64,000 bases of DNA from Chamaesiphon sp. (GTDB lineage Bacteria; Cyanobacteriota; Cyanobacteriia; Cyanobacteriales; Chamaesiphonaceae), in NCBI GenBank assembly GCA_965246715.1, contig CBDFFH010000015.1:320001-384000 (forward strand). The letters are read 5' to 3'. The translations under genes and the position numbers were made by a program. The notes beneath the pieces are model-generated. The model ran no database searches. It worked only from the letters and a program-made list of their open reading frames with translations, and had not been told where the DNA came from. Each line of letters opens with the position of its first letter. The stretch's first letter is position 1. Below, one piece after another: positions 53,105-63,677 of this stretch.

Positions 53105-53752
53105 GTGCCAATGGACGATTTGCAAGACTTGAGGAGATACGCACCCGCTACCGAGCGCAATCGCGAACCGATTCTCGAAGTGTTGCGCCAAGTCTTACCA
53201 CCCGCAGGGACAATTCTCGAAATTTCTAGCGGTACAGGCGAACATGCGATCTTTATGGCTCCCCAACTCTTCCCGCGTCAGTGGTTGCCATCCGATCCCA
53301 ATCCAGCTGCCCGCGCCAGCATTGCCGCATGGCAACAAGCCGCACCATGCAATAATCTTCATCCACCGATCGATCTCGATGCCAGTAGCCCCCAATGGTC
53401 GGTAGAATCAGATGAGAGCTTGAAGTTAGATCCCATTAGTGCGATCGTGAATATTAATATGGTTCACATCGCCCCCAAATCCGCCTATTTAGGCTTGATG
53501 GCAGGAGCCAGCCGGATTTTACCAAATAAAGGTATTTTGTACCTCTATGGGCCATTCAAACAAGATGGAGTCCACACCGCACCCAGCAACGCCGCCTTCG
53601 ATGTCAGCCTCCAATCCCAAAACCCCGACTGGGGCATCCGTGACTTAGCAGAAATAACCGCAGCCGCCGAAACCCACAACCTCCACCTCCACAAAATCTT
53701 CCCCATGCCAGCCAACAACCTCTCAGTAGTATTTCAAGCCAGCAAAACTTAA
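53105..53752 (+). CDS. DUF938-family SAM-dependent methyltransferase
   Basis: APATERNREPIL, LEISSGTGEH, LYGPF, SNAAFD.SL, MPANN. Confidence 0.88.
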   Translation: MPMDDLQDLRRYAPATERNREPILEVLRQVLPPAGTILEISSGTGEHAIFMAPQLFPRQWLPSDPNPAARASIAAWQQAAPCNNLHPPIDLDASSPQWSVESDESLKLDPISAIVNINMVHIAPKSAYLGLMAGASRILPNKGILYLYGPFKQDGVHTAPSNAAFDVSLQSQNPDWGIRDLAEITAAAETHNLHLHKIFPMPANNLSVVFQASKT

Positions 53753-53880
53753 AAATACTCGCTAAATACAAAAAATCCCTTTGCGAACTCCGCGCCTTCT
53801 CCGCGTCCTTTGCGTTTAAAAACACCACTCCAACTCTCCCAATCGACTAGAATAGTCACTTCAGCCACTCTCCCTAGCAC

Positions 53881-56226
53881 ATGACAGCCAACACCGACTT
53901 TCTCGCCCATCTCAACAGCTCCCAACGTCGTGCCGTCGAGCATTACTGTGGGGCATTATTAGTCGTAGCTGGGGCGGGTAGTGGCAAAACTAGGGCACTC
54001 ACCTATCGCATCGCCAACCTGATCCGCACCCATCGTGTCGATCCTCAACATATCTTAGCCGTCACCTTTACAAACAAAGCAGCGAAAGAAATGCGATCGC
54101 GGATCGAACTATTATTCGCTCAACAACAGGCAGAAATAAAATTTGGTAAAGCTTGGGGAGCCTTGGACGAGTATCAACAAACCCAACTGCGATCGCACGT
54201 ATATAAGACCATTATCAAAGACTTGTGGATCGGTACCTTCCATGGTTTATTTAGTAAAGTCTTGCGCTTTGATATCGAAAAATATCAAGATGACAAAGGC
54301 CGCACTTGGAATAAGAATTTCTCGATCTTTGACGATGCTGACTGTCAGGGACTAGTCAAACAAATCGTCGTCAAACAATTAGATTTAGATGATAAGAAAT
54401 TTGAACCGCGAGCGGTACGTTATGCAATTAGTAATGCCAAGAATCAAGGCTTATCGCCAGATGAGTTTAGAAAAGAGCAAAATGACTATCGCGGGCGGGT
54501 AATCTCGGAAGTCTACACTTATTACCAAGATGCGCTGTGCGCGAATAATGCCCTAGATTTCGACGACTTATTATTAGTCCCCGTGCAATTATTTCGTCAA
54601 AACTTACAAGTCTTAAATTATTGGCATAAAAAGTTTCGCCATATTTTAGTCGATGAGTATCAAGATACCAACCGTACTCAATACGATCTGATCCAATTAT
54701 TAGTTACCAATGGTGTCGATAGCAAAACCTTCGATGCCTGGGAACATCGATCGATCTTTGTGGTTGGCGATGCCGATCAATCGATCTATTCATTTCGGAT
54801 GGCAGATTTCACGATTCTGATGAATTTTCAGGATGACTTCGGCGATAGTAAACCAGCCGATCGCACCGAAACGATGGTGAAATTGGAAGAGAACTATCGA
54901 TCGCGTGAAAATATCTTAGCTGCTGCCAATCATCTGATTCAGCACAACACCCAACGGATCGATAAGATCCTCATTGCCACACGCGGCGAGGGCGAACCAA
55001 TCTTCCTGTACAAAGCAGATAATGAAATCGACGAGGCTGAATTTGTTGTCAATGAAACGCGGAAACTAGAGCGCGAAAATCCAGAACTAAATTATGGCAA
55101 CTTTGCTGTATTATATCGGACTAACGCTCAATCTCGACCGATCGAAGATGCTTTCGTCCGCGCACAAATTCCCTATACGATCGTCGGCGGATTAAAGTTT
55201 TACGATCGGCGAGAAATTAAAGACATTATCGCTTATCTCCGGGCGGTGATGAATCCCAGCGATACAGTTAGTTTGCTGCGGGTCATCAATACACCCAGGC
55301 GCGGTGTTGGCAACACGACGATCGATCGACTCCAGAACGCCGCACAGCAATTAGGCGTGCCGCTATGGGAAATTATCAATGATGAAACTTCAGTTGCCAC
55401 AGTTGCTGGGAAATCTGCCAAAGGTGTCCAAAGTTTCGTTAATATTTTAAATAAATGGCGCAGCGAAGCAGAAACTCGTCCGGTAGTGGATGTTGTATCT
55501 GGGATTATTGAAGATACGGGTTATGTCCATGAGTTACAAACTCAAGGAACAGATGAAGCTTTAGAACGTATCCAAAACGTTCAAGAATTAGTTAACGCGA
55601 CGATCCAATTCCAAGAAGAGCATGATGAGCCAACGCTCGAAGCTTATCTAGCCAGTGCGGCGCTCAGTTCCGATCTCGACAATCTCCAAGAAGGCAAAGA
55701 AGCCGTCTCGTTAATGACCTTACATGCGTCCAAAGGATTGGAATTTCCGATCGTGTTTTTAGTAGGATTGGAAGCAGGCTTGTTCCCGAGTTTTCGATCG
55801 CTCAATGACCCCCTAGCTGTCGAAGAAGAACGTCGATTATGTTATGTTGGCATCACCCGTGCCCAAGAAATGTTATATCTCACTCACGCCCGCGAACGCC
55901 GTTTGTATGGATCCAGAGAACCCGCCGTGCGATCGCAATTTATCGGCGAATTGCCACCCGAACTAATTAATAGCAATCTGCGGAGTAAAGGTCGGCAGCA
56001 AACAACCGCTCAAACCACGCCAAAATCGCCCAAGACAGTCGGTAATGCGACCAGTCAAACAACCGGATGGCGGGTGGGCGATCGCGTAATCCATCGCAGT
56101 TTTGGGGTGGGACAGATCACGCATGTATTTGGTACCGAGCAGAAACAATCTGTCGCAATTAAGTTTCCCAATCTCGGTCAAAAAATTATCGATCCGAAAA
56201 TCGTTGGATTACAAAAAATTGGTTAG
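53881..56226 (+). CDS. pcrA: ATP-dependent DNA helicase PcrA/UvrD
   Basis: AGAGSGKT, VDEYQDTN, VGDADQSIYSFR, LEENYRS, TLHASKGLEF, EERRLCYVGITRA. Confidence 0.96.
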   Translation: MTANTDFLAHLNSSQRRAVEHYCGALLVVAGAGSGKTRALTYRIANLIRTHRVDPQHILAVTFTNKAAKEMRSRIELLFAQQQAEIKFGKAWGALDEYQQTQLRSHVYKTIIKDLWIGTFHGLFSKVLRFDIEKYQDDKGRTWNKNFSIFDDADCQGLVKQIVVKQLDLDDKKFEPRAVRYAISNAKNQGLSPDEFRKEQNDYRGRVISEVYTYYQDALCANNALDFDDLLLVPVQLFRQNLQVLNYWHKKFRHILVDEYQDTNRTQYDLIQLLVTNGVDSKTFDAWEHRSIFVVGDADQSIYSFRMADFTILMNFQDDFGDSKPADRTETMVKLEENYRSRENILAAANHLIQHNTQRIDKILIATRGEGEPIFLYKADNEIDEAEFVVNETRKLERENPELNYGNFAVLYRTNAQSRPIEDAFVRAQIPYTIVGGLKFYDRREIKDIIAYLRAVMNPSDTVSLLRVINTPRRGVGNTTIDRLQNAAQQLGVPLWEIINDETSVATVAGKSAKGVQSFVNILNKWRSEAETRPVVDVVSGIIEDTGYVHELQTQGTDEALERIQNVQELVNATIQFQEEHDEPTLEAYLASAALSSDLDNLQEGKEAVSLMTLHASKGLEFPIVFLVGLEAGLFPSFRSLNDPLAVEEERRLCYVGITRAQEMLYLTHARERRLYGSREPAVRSQFIGELPPELINSNLRSKGRQQTTAQTTPKSPKTVGNATSQTTGWRVGDRVIHRSFGVGQITHVFGTEQKQSVAIKFPNLGQKIIDPKIVGLQKIG

Positions 56227-56238
56227 TACCATCTCATC

Positions 56239-56721
56239 GTGAATACTTATTTATTCCCCGATCGAACTCAATATCAATTGGCGATAGGGGCATCAATCGA
56301 TGTTGCTACCTTAGTCAGATTTCTCGAAATTACCTATCAAGAGCTATATCCCCACCAACAAGACTATCGACATTTACAGTTTACAGTCGATCGCTACTTC
56401 ACTCAGCAAACACCACTGTGGTTTGTGACTGATACCGAGCGGGAGCGATCCGATCGAAAAATTGCTTGTTTGTGGGTGGGGATTGCCATCGACCAAATCA
56501 CTGGTAATCGACATCCAAATGTTTTTCTGATTTATGTCGATCCTGCTTACCGTCGCCAAGGTATCGGACGCGGGTTGATGCAACACGTTGAGGCGTGGGC
56601 AAGAAGTCAAGGTTATCACCAGATTGGCTTGCAGGTATTTACAACCGATCGACCCGCGATCGCTCTATACCAACAACTAGGCTACAAATCGCGATCGATT
56701 TCGATGATGCGAGAATTGTAA
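56239..56721 (+). CDS. GNAT-family acetyltransferase
   Basis: YVDPAYRRQGIG, AIALYQQLGY. Confidence 0.88.
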   Translation: MNTYLFPDRTQYQLAIGASIDVATLVRFLEITYQELYPHQQDYRHLQFTVDRYFTQQTPLWFVTDTERERSDRKIACLWVGIAIDQITGNRHPNVFLIYVDPAYRRQGIGRGLMQHVEAWARSQGYHQIGLQVFTTDRPAIALYQQLGYKSRSISMMREL

Positions 56722-56836
56722 CTGAGATCGATTATGATTCGCTCTGGAATTGCTACGCTAGAAATGGTAGTTAAGGATCGATCTCCCAGCAGCGGGACTG
56801 AATGACAATCTAATATTCACTATTCACTATATCAAG

Positions 56837-57412
56837 ATGAAAGAAATCGTCGGTGAAATCAAACTCCAGATTACGATCTTAGTTGCACTCGTCGCCATCA
56901 TGTGGGGGATTGAGATCCTCGATACCTATGTTTTTCATCACGGACTCGACATCTTAGGCATTTTACCCCGCGAACCGATCGGCCTACGCGGAATTTTATT
57001 TGCACCTTTTTTACATGCGAATTTCCCACACCTAATTGCGAATACCATTCCCTTTATCGTCCTCGGCGGGTTGATTATGGCGCAAAATACCGCTGATTTT
57101 GCGATCGTGTCGGTTATATGTATGTTCGTCGGCGGTTTGGGCACCTGGTTATTTGGTGGTAGAGGCATCCATATCGGTGCTAGTGGCGTGATTTTTGGCT
57201 ATCTCGGCTTTTTGCTGACACGGTGTTATTTCGATCGCACTTTGGTGTCGGGATTAGTCGCACTATTTGTCGGTACTACCTACGGTAGCGTAGTGTGGGG
57301 AGTCTTCCCCTCACTTCCAGGTATCTCTTGGGAAGGTCACCTATTCGGCTTTTTGGGTGGGATATTTGCTGCGAGATTCGTCGTTAATAGTAGCAAAAAT
57401 CGATCTTTTTAG
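56837..57412 (+). CDS. Rhomboid intramembrane serine protease
   Basis: FLHANFPHLIAN, HIGASG, SWEGHLFG. Confidence 0.92.
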   Translation: MKEIVGEIKLQITILVALVAIMWGIEILDTYVFHHGLDILGILPREPIGLRGILFAPFLHANFPHLIANTIPFIVLGGLIMAQNTADFAIVSVICMFVGGLGTWLFGGRGIHIGASGVIFGYLGFLLTRCYFDRTLVSGLVALFVGTTYGSVVWGVFPSLPGISWEGHLFGFLGGIFAARFVVNSSKNRSF

Positions 57413-57483
57413 TGAGGGATTAGGGGTTAGGGATTAGCGAAAATCTCCTAGCTCCTAACTCCAAAACACCATCGAGTAAATTT

Positions 57484-58059
57484 ATGGCACCAACTACCGA
57501 TCGCATCACCACTAAAATCCAGATCTTGGGTACGTTCGTCACTCTGGCGTGGCTAGTTCCTATCCTGAGCACCTATTTCTCTTCCATCTACTTGCTACTT
57601 TGGTATGGCATCATCCCTCGCCAGTCGCTCGGCTTGAGAGGAATTTTATTCGCACCCTTTTTACACGAAGACGGTACACATCTACTCATCGATACCATTC
57701 CCTTTGTGGCTCTGGGCTGGGCGATAATGGCACGATCGCTCGCCAATTTTACACCCGTCTCGCTCATTTGTTTGGGAATTAGCGGTTTGGGTATTTGGCT
57801 GACTGGTCATACCAGCAAAGTATCATATATTGTCGGTAGTGGTGGTCTAATTTATGGTTATATCAGCTATTTACTGGCGATGTACTGCCTCGATCGCCGC
57901 TCGATCGGTTCTGCGGTTGTAGCTCTGGCGATCGGTTGTACTTACACTATCGTGCGGGCGGGTTCGTCCTCATGGTTTCTATCGGGAAATTTATGGCAAG
58001 AGGTCATCTTTGGTTGTATGGGTGGTGTGTTGGCTGCAAAGCTTGTCTTCAAAAAATAA
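57484..58059 (+). CDS. Rhomboid paralog lacking catalytic Ser/His
   Basis: Colinear with the upstream gene (GLRGILFAPFLH shared) but reads IVGSGG and WQEVIFG. Confidence 0.82.
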   Translation: MAPTTDRITTKIQILGTFVTLAWLVPILSTYFSSIYLLLWYGIIPRQSLGLRGILFAPFLHEDGTHLLIDTIPFVALGWAIMARSLANFTPVSLICLGISGLGIWLTGHTSKVSYIVGSGGLIYGYISYLLAMYCLDRRSIGSAVVALAIGCTYTIVRAGSSSWFLSGNLWQEVIFGCMGGVLAAKLVFKK

Positions 58060-58249
58060 AGGTTTTTTTATCGGTCGATATCGATATTTCGATCGATCTG
58101 CTACTAATTCAGGAAAAAGTCGCTAATCCACAGCTAGAAGATCGTACAAAAGTCCGATTTAATTCGATCGTCATTCACGGAAAATAAGGTGAGGTAAATA
58201 AATCATCTCGCTCCGTCTAAATACGACGCATCGCCATTAAATCTTTCAT

Positions 58250-58615
58250 ATGCACTTTTTAGAACCTGAAGAAGAAGATTGTTACTTCTGCCTACCGTTA
58301 GGTTGGGACGGTATTTTCAAGGAAGAAACTTTTGGCGATCGATTGCTACTTTTTTACGAGCAATTTAATAGTAGTACTCGGGCTTTATTGGATGAGTGCT
58401 TATTTCGGGAAGTCAGCCAGGGTATTACTGTGACTGGATTACAAATTCTTTGTAAAAATGAGATTATCTACAAACGATCGATCCAAAAACACCAAAAAAT
58501 CGGTAATGAGATCCGCTGGATTTGGCCGGAAACAGTCACTCAGTTCGAGATCGGCATTCAGACACCAGACTGGTGTGGACAGGTGTTTCGACTGCAAGAT
58601 TATTGGTTGAAGTAA
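58250..58615 (+). CDS. Hypothetical protein
   Basis: 121-aa ORF co-oriented with its neighbours; no recognised motif. Confidence 0.6.
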   Translation: MHFLEPEEEDCYFCLPLGWDGIFKEETFGDRLLLFYEQFNSSTRALLDECLFREVSQGITVTGLQILCKNEIIYKRSIQKHQKIGNEIRWIWPETVTQFEIGIQTPDWCGQVFRLQDYWLK

Positions 58616-58752
58616 CAGCGTTCTGACTTGCTCCTGTCGAAACACCTGGTTAGTGACTAGTTTGCGGAGTCAGTTGAGATAAGTATTCGGATATCTCTCT
58701 GCTACAGGTTCGTCCGCCCACATAGAATAGGGATAGTGATGGAATACAAGCT

Positions 58753-59076
58753 ATGGATAACAATAATTGGCTACAACAGATTTTAATGCTGGGCATTGGC
58801 ACGACGACATTAGTTGCCGATCGCGTGCGGGAAGTCAGCGAACAATGGGTCAAGGAGGGTAAGATCGATCCCGAGCAAGCTAAGTCATTTGTCGATGACT
58901 TAATGCAGCAGATGAAGCTCGATCCGGCAAACTTTGAGGTACAGATGCAAAGAATGATCCGCAACACCATGCAAGATCTGGGCGTACCCCGTCAAGCCGA
59001 AATGGACGAACTACGCGGACGCATCGACAGACTCGAACGTCAGGTGCGCGACTTAGAAAATAAATTATGGAAGTAG
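58753..59076 (+). CDS. Phasin-like / coiled-coil conserved protein
   Basis: LMLGIG....A..V......V..G....EQAK...DL; LGVPRQAEMDELRGRIDRLE. Confidence 0.75.
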   Translation: MDNNNWLQQILMLGIGTTTLVADRVREVSEQWVKEGKIDPEQAKSFVDDLMQQMKLDPANFEVQMQRMIRNTMQDLGVPRQAEMDELRGRIDRLERQVRDLENKLWK

Positions 59077-59202
59077 CCAGATGGCAGCTCTCTAACGCAT
59101 AATTACTAGAAGAATTTAAAGATTCGTGGGCACAGCAGCTGCAAATGCGAATCACCAGCCACCGATGACTATAATCAGATAGTGGTCAATATCAGCTTGA
59201 GT

Positions 59203-59730
59203 ATGAAAGAAATTTTAGTAAGTTTAGGCGTGATGCTGGGATGCGGTATCCTAGTTTTAATCTTCCAATTTTCTGCAGGTACACCAGCAGCAACGGCGGG
59301 AAGTATCGTTGGATCTGAATCGATCGCGAGCGTCAATAAATCCGCACCTACACCTTCTAATTTAATAACTATGGATAACAGTGAAAAAGAGATTACCACC
59401 GCTTCAGGACTAAAATATGTCGAGCTGACCGAAGGGACGGGTACGACCCCAACTAAAGGACAAACTGTATCGGTTCACTACACTGGGACATTGGAAAACG
59501 GTACGAAATTTGACAGTTCGCGCGATCGGAATCAACCCTTTAAATTTCAAATTGGTGAAGGCCAAGTAATTAAAGGTTGGGATGAGGGACTCAGTACGAT
59601 GAAAGTCGGCAGTCGGCGCAAGCTGATTATCCCCGCCGAGCTAGGTTATGGAGATCGGGGTGCTGGTGGTGTGATTCCGCCCAAAGCAACACTAATATTT
59701 GATGTCGAACTGCTTGAGATTAAGGGATAA
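59203..59730 (+). CDS. FKBP-type peptidyl-prolyl isomerase
   Basis: [50 protein letters not shown]. Confidence 0.95.
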   Translation: MKEILVSLGVMLGCGILVLIFQFSAGTPAATAGSIVGSESIASVNKSAPTPSNLITMDNSEKEITTASGLKYVELTEGTGTTPTKGQTVSVHYTGTLENGTKFDSSRDRNQPFKFQIGEGQVIKGWDEGLSTMKVGSRRKLIIPAELGYGDRGAGGVIPPKATLIFDVELLEIKG

Positions 59731-59855
59731 GCGGCCGAAGTGGCTGGCGACTGGGGGAAGTTTTCCCACCGTCGCCACTCAAATGTCAATTTGGGAACAT
59801 AGCTTGGTAGAGTATTGTCATAGGTAGGTAGGATGTTTGAACGCGAGTCGCCACC

Positions 59856-60521
59856 ATGAGTCAATCACTTTCCCTATCTTGGTCCCAGCTTGAGGACAAC
59901 CTCCCTCGAACTAGAGTGCAAGTAGATAAATTAGATAAATTACCGAACAACGAACTAATCTTGCTCGCACAGTCTGGATTGCGGACGGATCGAGCAGCTT
60001 TAGCCGAACTGATGCGTCGCCACCAGTCTCATGTCGATCGGATTTTGTATCACTTGGCTCCAGACTGGCAAGATCGGGCAGATCTGGCTCAGGAAGTGTG
60101 GATTCGGGTCTACAAAAATATCAAAAGTCTCAACGAACCAGAAAAATTTCGCGGTTGGTTGAGTCGGATCGCGACTAATCTGTTTTACGATGAGTTGCGC
60201 AAACGCAAGCGGGTGGCTCCACCCCTATCGCTAGACGCACCGATTAACGTGGAAGACGGCTCGATCGAGTGGGATATCGCCTCAGACACGCCCAATCCAG
60301 CCGAACACCTGAGCACGGTTGAATTCTACGACCAATTGAGAGCAGCGATTGCCAATTTACCAGCGGCTTTTCGCACTACGATCGTCTTGCGGGAAATCGA
60401 AGGATTATCGTATGAAGAGATTGCTGATGTGACAGGAGTGTCGATCGGTACCGTGAAATCAAGAATTGCCAGAGCTAGAGCTGGATTGCAATCTCAGCTA
60501 ACTGGTTATTTTGAATCGTAA
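59856..60521 (+). CDS. sigG: ECF sigma factor (SigG type)
   Basis: DLAQEVWIRVY, WLSRIATNLFYDELRKRK, GLSYEEIA...GTVKSRIARAR. Confidence 0.88.
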   Translation: MSQSLSLSWSQLEDNLPRTRVQVDKLDKLPNNELILLAQSGLRTDRAALAELMRRHQSHVDRILYHLAPDWQDRADLAQEVWIRVYKNIKSLNEPEKFRGWLSRIATNLFYDELRKRKRVAPPLSLDAPINVEDGSIEWDIASDTPNPAEHLSTVEFYDQLRAAIANLPAAFRTTIVLREIEGLSYEEIADVTGVSIGTVKSRIARARAGLQSQLTGYFES

Positions 60522-60632
60522 CTAAATCTCCACAACGGGGAATATTAGCAATATATTTATATTTAGTCTTGCTGGCTGATATTAAAATTTATTTAAGTTT
60601 GGGACACACACAGGGTAATTGAGGATCGGAAC

Positions 60633-61133
60633 ATGACAGACAACTTCGATGGGGAGCGCTCTGGTGCCGTTTTGGACGAACGGTTCGAGTTGCTTAGCGC
60701 CTATCTCGATGGTGAAGCGACACTCAGCGAACGGCAGCAAGTAGAAGCCTGGTTGGCGAGCGACCCCGCAGTTCAACAACAATATCGTCAGCTGCAACAG
60801 CTGCACCTGGCATTTCCCAGTATCTCCGTCCCGAGCAGCCAGTCTGCTCAAAGTTTAGCTACCGATGTGTTTGCTAAAATCGATCGACAGCGCAATCGCC
60901 GCTGGACTTGGTTTGGTGGCAGTGCGATCGCCGCAACATTGGCAGCAACAATTGCTGGATTAAGCGGTCTGTTTGGCGACGCTAATAGTCCGCAACTTCA
61001 GTTTGCAGCAAATAATGCTGAGAAGCCAGCACCGTTAATGGTGGCATTAAACGACCCGATTCTCGCGATTCCCGCTAAGAGCGATCGGGTAATCGAAGTG
61101 CCAATGCCCGCACCAGAAGTAAATATCGATTGA
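60633..61133 (+). CDS. Anti-sigma factor (membrane anchored)
   Basis: FELLSAYLDGE....ER..VE.WL, TM helix; directly downstream of the ECF sigma gene. Confidence 0.87.
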   Translation: MTDNFDGERSGAVLDERFELLSAYLDGEATLSERQQVEAWLASDPAVQQQYRQLQQLHLAFPSISVPSSQSAQSLATDVFAKIDRQRNRRWTWFGGSAIAATLAATIAGLSGLFGDANSPQLQFAANNAEKPAPLMVALNDPILAIPAKSDRVIEVPMPAPEVNID

Positions 61134-61175
61134 TAGATTTACAGAACTCAGCGCGACTATCTTCAATCCAGCCTA

Positions 61176-61207
61176 AAAAGAGCGATACCTTTCGGTATCG
61201 CTCTTTT
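61176..61207. terminator. Intrinsic terminator
   Basis: AAAAGAGCGATACC-TTTC-GGTATCGCTCTTTT. Confidence 0.8.
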
Positions 61208-61231
61208 GTTTAGCAGCGAGTTTGATTAATT

Positions 61232-61470
61232 AACGTGAGTTCGGGATAAGGAAAATCGATCTGCTCCGTTCAAGCACCGCCCTGAACTATAAGTGTTTCG
61301 TTCCGAAAGGCTACGCCAACGGGCTAATAGCAAAAGTTCGTTTCAACGAACTAATCAATTGGGCAGTTCTCTGAAGAGAACTTTTGCTATGAGCAACTAA
61401 TTCATTTGAGGGCGGTTCAGAAACGAAGCTAGGAGTCATTAAGTGGACATCTTTAACCCGAACTCACGTT
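61232..61470. mobile_element. MITE-like element, copy D (termini of A, different core)
   Basis: AACGTGAGTTCGGGATAAG...TTTAACCCGAACTCACGTT flanked by AATT; core ACCGCCCT...GCAAAAGTTC..GAACT...AGTTC..GAACTTTTGC...AGGGCGGT. Confidence 0.8.
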
Positions 61471-61472
61471 AA

Positions 61473-61814
61473 TTATGCTTCTTCTGCTGCCAGCGCAGCT
61501 GCCGCTGCTTTAGCTGCTTTTTTAGGAGGATCGAGTTTGAGACTTAGGTACCGAATGACATCTTCACTCAGACGCATTGCGCGTTCGAGCGGGGCAATTT
61601 CTTTGCCGGACCCAGTGTAGTTGACTTGAACGTAAATCCCATCGCGGTGCTTACCGATGAGGTACGCAAGGCGGCGTTTGCCACGCTGTTGGATTTCGAT
61701 ATCAGTGGCTCCGTTGGTCTCGATAATCGCCCGATATTTTTTGATAGATTCATCAGCCTGCTCGTCCGATAAGTCGGGACGCAGGATGTACATGATTTCG
61801 TATTTGTCGCTCAC
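61473..61814 (-). CDS. rpsF: 30S ribosomal protein S6
   Basis: [29 protein letters not shown]. Confidence 0.96.
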   Translation of the reverse strand: MSDKYEIMYILRPDLSDEQADESIKKYRAIIETNGATDIEIQQRGKRRLAYLIGKHRDGIYVQVNYTGSGKEIAPLERAMRLSEDVIRYLSLKLDPPKKAAKAAAAALAAEEA

Positions 61815-62017
61815 AGATTCTCCTTATGGACATAGTGGCTTCCGCTCGATGCACAGGGGCGATCGCAGAAGCAAGGATTTATCATTATATCAGCAATTGA
61901 GTATGTTCCAACACCGCAATTTTAAATTTGGGAAATCGGGATGAGTTGGCATGGACATCAGCAATTCTCATGATAGAATTTCAACTGGTATTGAGGGGTA
62001 AATCTAGCTCTAGACCC

Positions 62018-63497
62018 TACCCCTGTTAAGGTGACAAAAGCATGACTAAGTAGTGAGGAGCCGAAAAGTAGCAATATGAGGATGTTTGGGGTCATACTTC
62101 TTCTTTGTGGGCGGCTTTTTTGCTCCTCGTGGGGACGACAAGAAACGTTTGAGATTCACATGACTTGCACATGCTCGCAAAAACTCCGCTAACAAAAGCA
62201 CACTCATGTGTGCAAAAGGTTGCCAATCCTCAGCACAGATCGCAATCTCCATCCCTCGAAAAGTTGACTGGACTTCTTCAACCACATAATAATTGGATAA
62301 GCTCGACTCAATTTTTCCGGCACCATGAACATCTTTAAGCGCAGCTTTAACCGTAGATAGAATGTTAAACGCCATCAGTGCTATACAAAAAACGCACAAT
62401 GCCGCTTTGGGATAACCCAATGTCTTGAGTTCACAATTAAAAGTATCAGTAATAACTTGGAACATCTGTTCGATTTGCCATCGATTGAGGTAAAGATCTG
62501 CCACCATGATGGCTGTCACCTCTGTCTGAGGCAAATTAGTTAACACTGTTACTTGTAAATCGCCATGACGAGTTGAGTGTTTCAGTTGAATCGTCACTCG
62601 GCGGACAAAAAGACCACTATCGAGTCGAACCTGTTGCTCGAAAATAGTGCCACTGTCATTTTGCCCAACTGCCAATCTTGGTGTTATTTCCGTCCATTTC
62701 AAACCCAGGTGCTCTCGAATCACAAAACTGGCTCCATGTGTACTAATACCAGTCAAAAAGTCCTTGGTGCAAAAATTCCGGTCAGCAATCCATACTTGCC
62801 CTGCTTTGACCGTTTCGAGCACTAATGGTAGCAACGATCGCTCTTGAGCGTGAGCATCTTCTTCTGGAAATACATCCACGACCATTTCTCGCTGCGGGTC
62901 TAGTACCGCGATTGCTTGTCCTGGCAAGGCTCCTGCAACTTCTGGTCGTAATACCTTTAGTCGATGTTCTGTGCCCCCGATATGATTCCCATCAATGATT
63001 CTGACTTCGGATCCTGGTAAGACGACCTTAATTGCTTGAGTAAATTCTGTGACTACTGAGGAAAGTTGTTCGCCACTATACCGCACCAATGCCTGAGACA
63101 AATTAGGTTCTAGCCCATTGATTTTGGCATACAAGGATACTTTCGACACCCCCACTACTTTCTCGAATGCTTTGTAAGCGGCACCCACTGATGGATAAAT
63201 CCCGCAGACGACTAAGCTCATGATTTCGACTACGTTTGAGAATAAGAGTTCTCTGGTGTACTGCCGCTCGGCAGTGTCTTCAAACAACCGCTCTAGTTGC
63301 TCTGTGGCAAAGATTCTTTCCATAATTGCTCTTACCATCACTGTCAAAGGTGTCTGTTCTACAAATCTCTCAAAGATGTCACTAATCATCTTCAATTCCC
63401 TCACTCTGCTTAGGTTTTCAGCTTTCGAGTCAGATTATACTCGGCTTTTATGCCCTTTGAGGCTCTACCAGTACAACAGCTCACCTTAACAGGGGTA
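62018..63497 (-). mobile_element. Intact IS4-family IS, 1480 bp
   Basis: 17-bp perfect IRs TACCCCTGTTAAGGTGA; 10-bp TSD CTCTAGACCC at 62008-62017 and 63498-63507. Confidence 0.92.
62046..63389 (-). CDS. IS4-family DDE transposase
   Basis: IIDG, WIADRNF, LYLNRWQIEQMF (Y-R-E motif); ATG 63389 (alternative GTG 63404). Confidence 0.9.
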   Translation of the reverse strand: MISDIFERFVEQTPLTVMVRAIMERIFATEQLERLFEDTAERQYTRELLFSNVVEIMSLVVCGIYPSVGAAYKAFEKVVGVSKVSLYAKINGLEPNLSQALVRYSGEQLSSVVTEFTQAIKVVLPGSEVRIIDGNHIGGTEHRLKVLRPEVAGALPGQAIAVLDPQREMVVDVFPEEDAHAQERSLLPLVLETVKAGQVWIADRNFCTKDFLTGISTHGASFVIREHLGLKWTEITPRLAVGQNDSGTIFEQQVRLDSGLFVRRVTIQLKHSTRHGDLQVTVLTNLPQTEVTAIMVADLYLNRWQIEQMFQVITDTFNCELKTLGYPKAALCVFCIALMAFNILSTVKAALKDVHGAGKIESSLSNYYVVEEVQSTFRGMEIAICAEDWQPFAHMSVLLLAEFLRACASHVNLKRFLSSPRGAKKPPTKKKYDPKHPHIATFRLLTT

Positions 63498-63677
63498 CTC
63501 TAGACCCTGAATCATAAAAGTGAGGAGGCAATCCCATTTACAGTACCCAAATATCATGGGCTTGGCCAGCTATTTTCCATAATGAGAATTGCTGGATCGC
63601 TAGGTCGATCGGAGATTGGCGATCGGAAGGTACCTAAAATCGCTATGCTAGAGCAGAACACGATCTGAGAACGCGGT

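Larger units (their letters stand above)
61959..63594. mobile_element. MITE of about 146 bp interrupted by the IS4 element
   Basis: CAGCAATTCTCAT (61959-61971) / ATGAGAATTGCTG (63582-63594) inverted termini bracket the IS. Confidence 0.6.
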
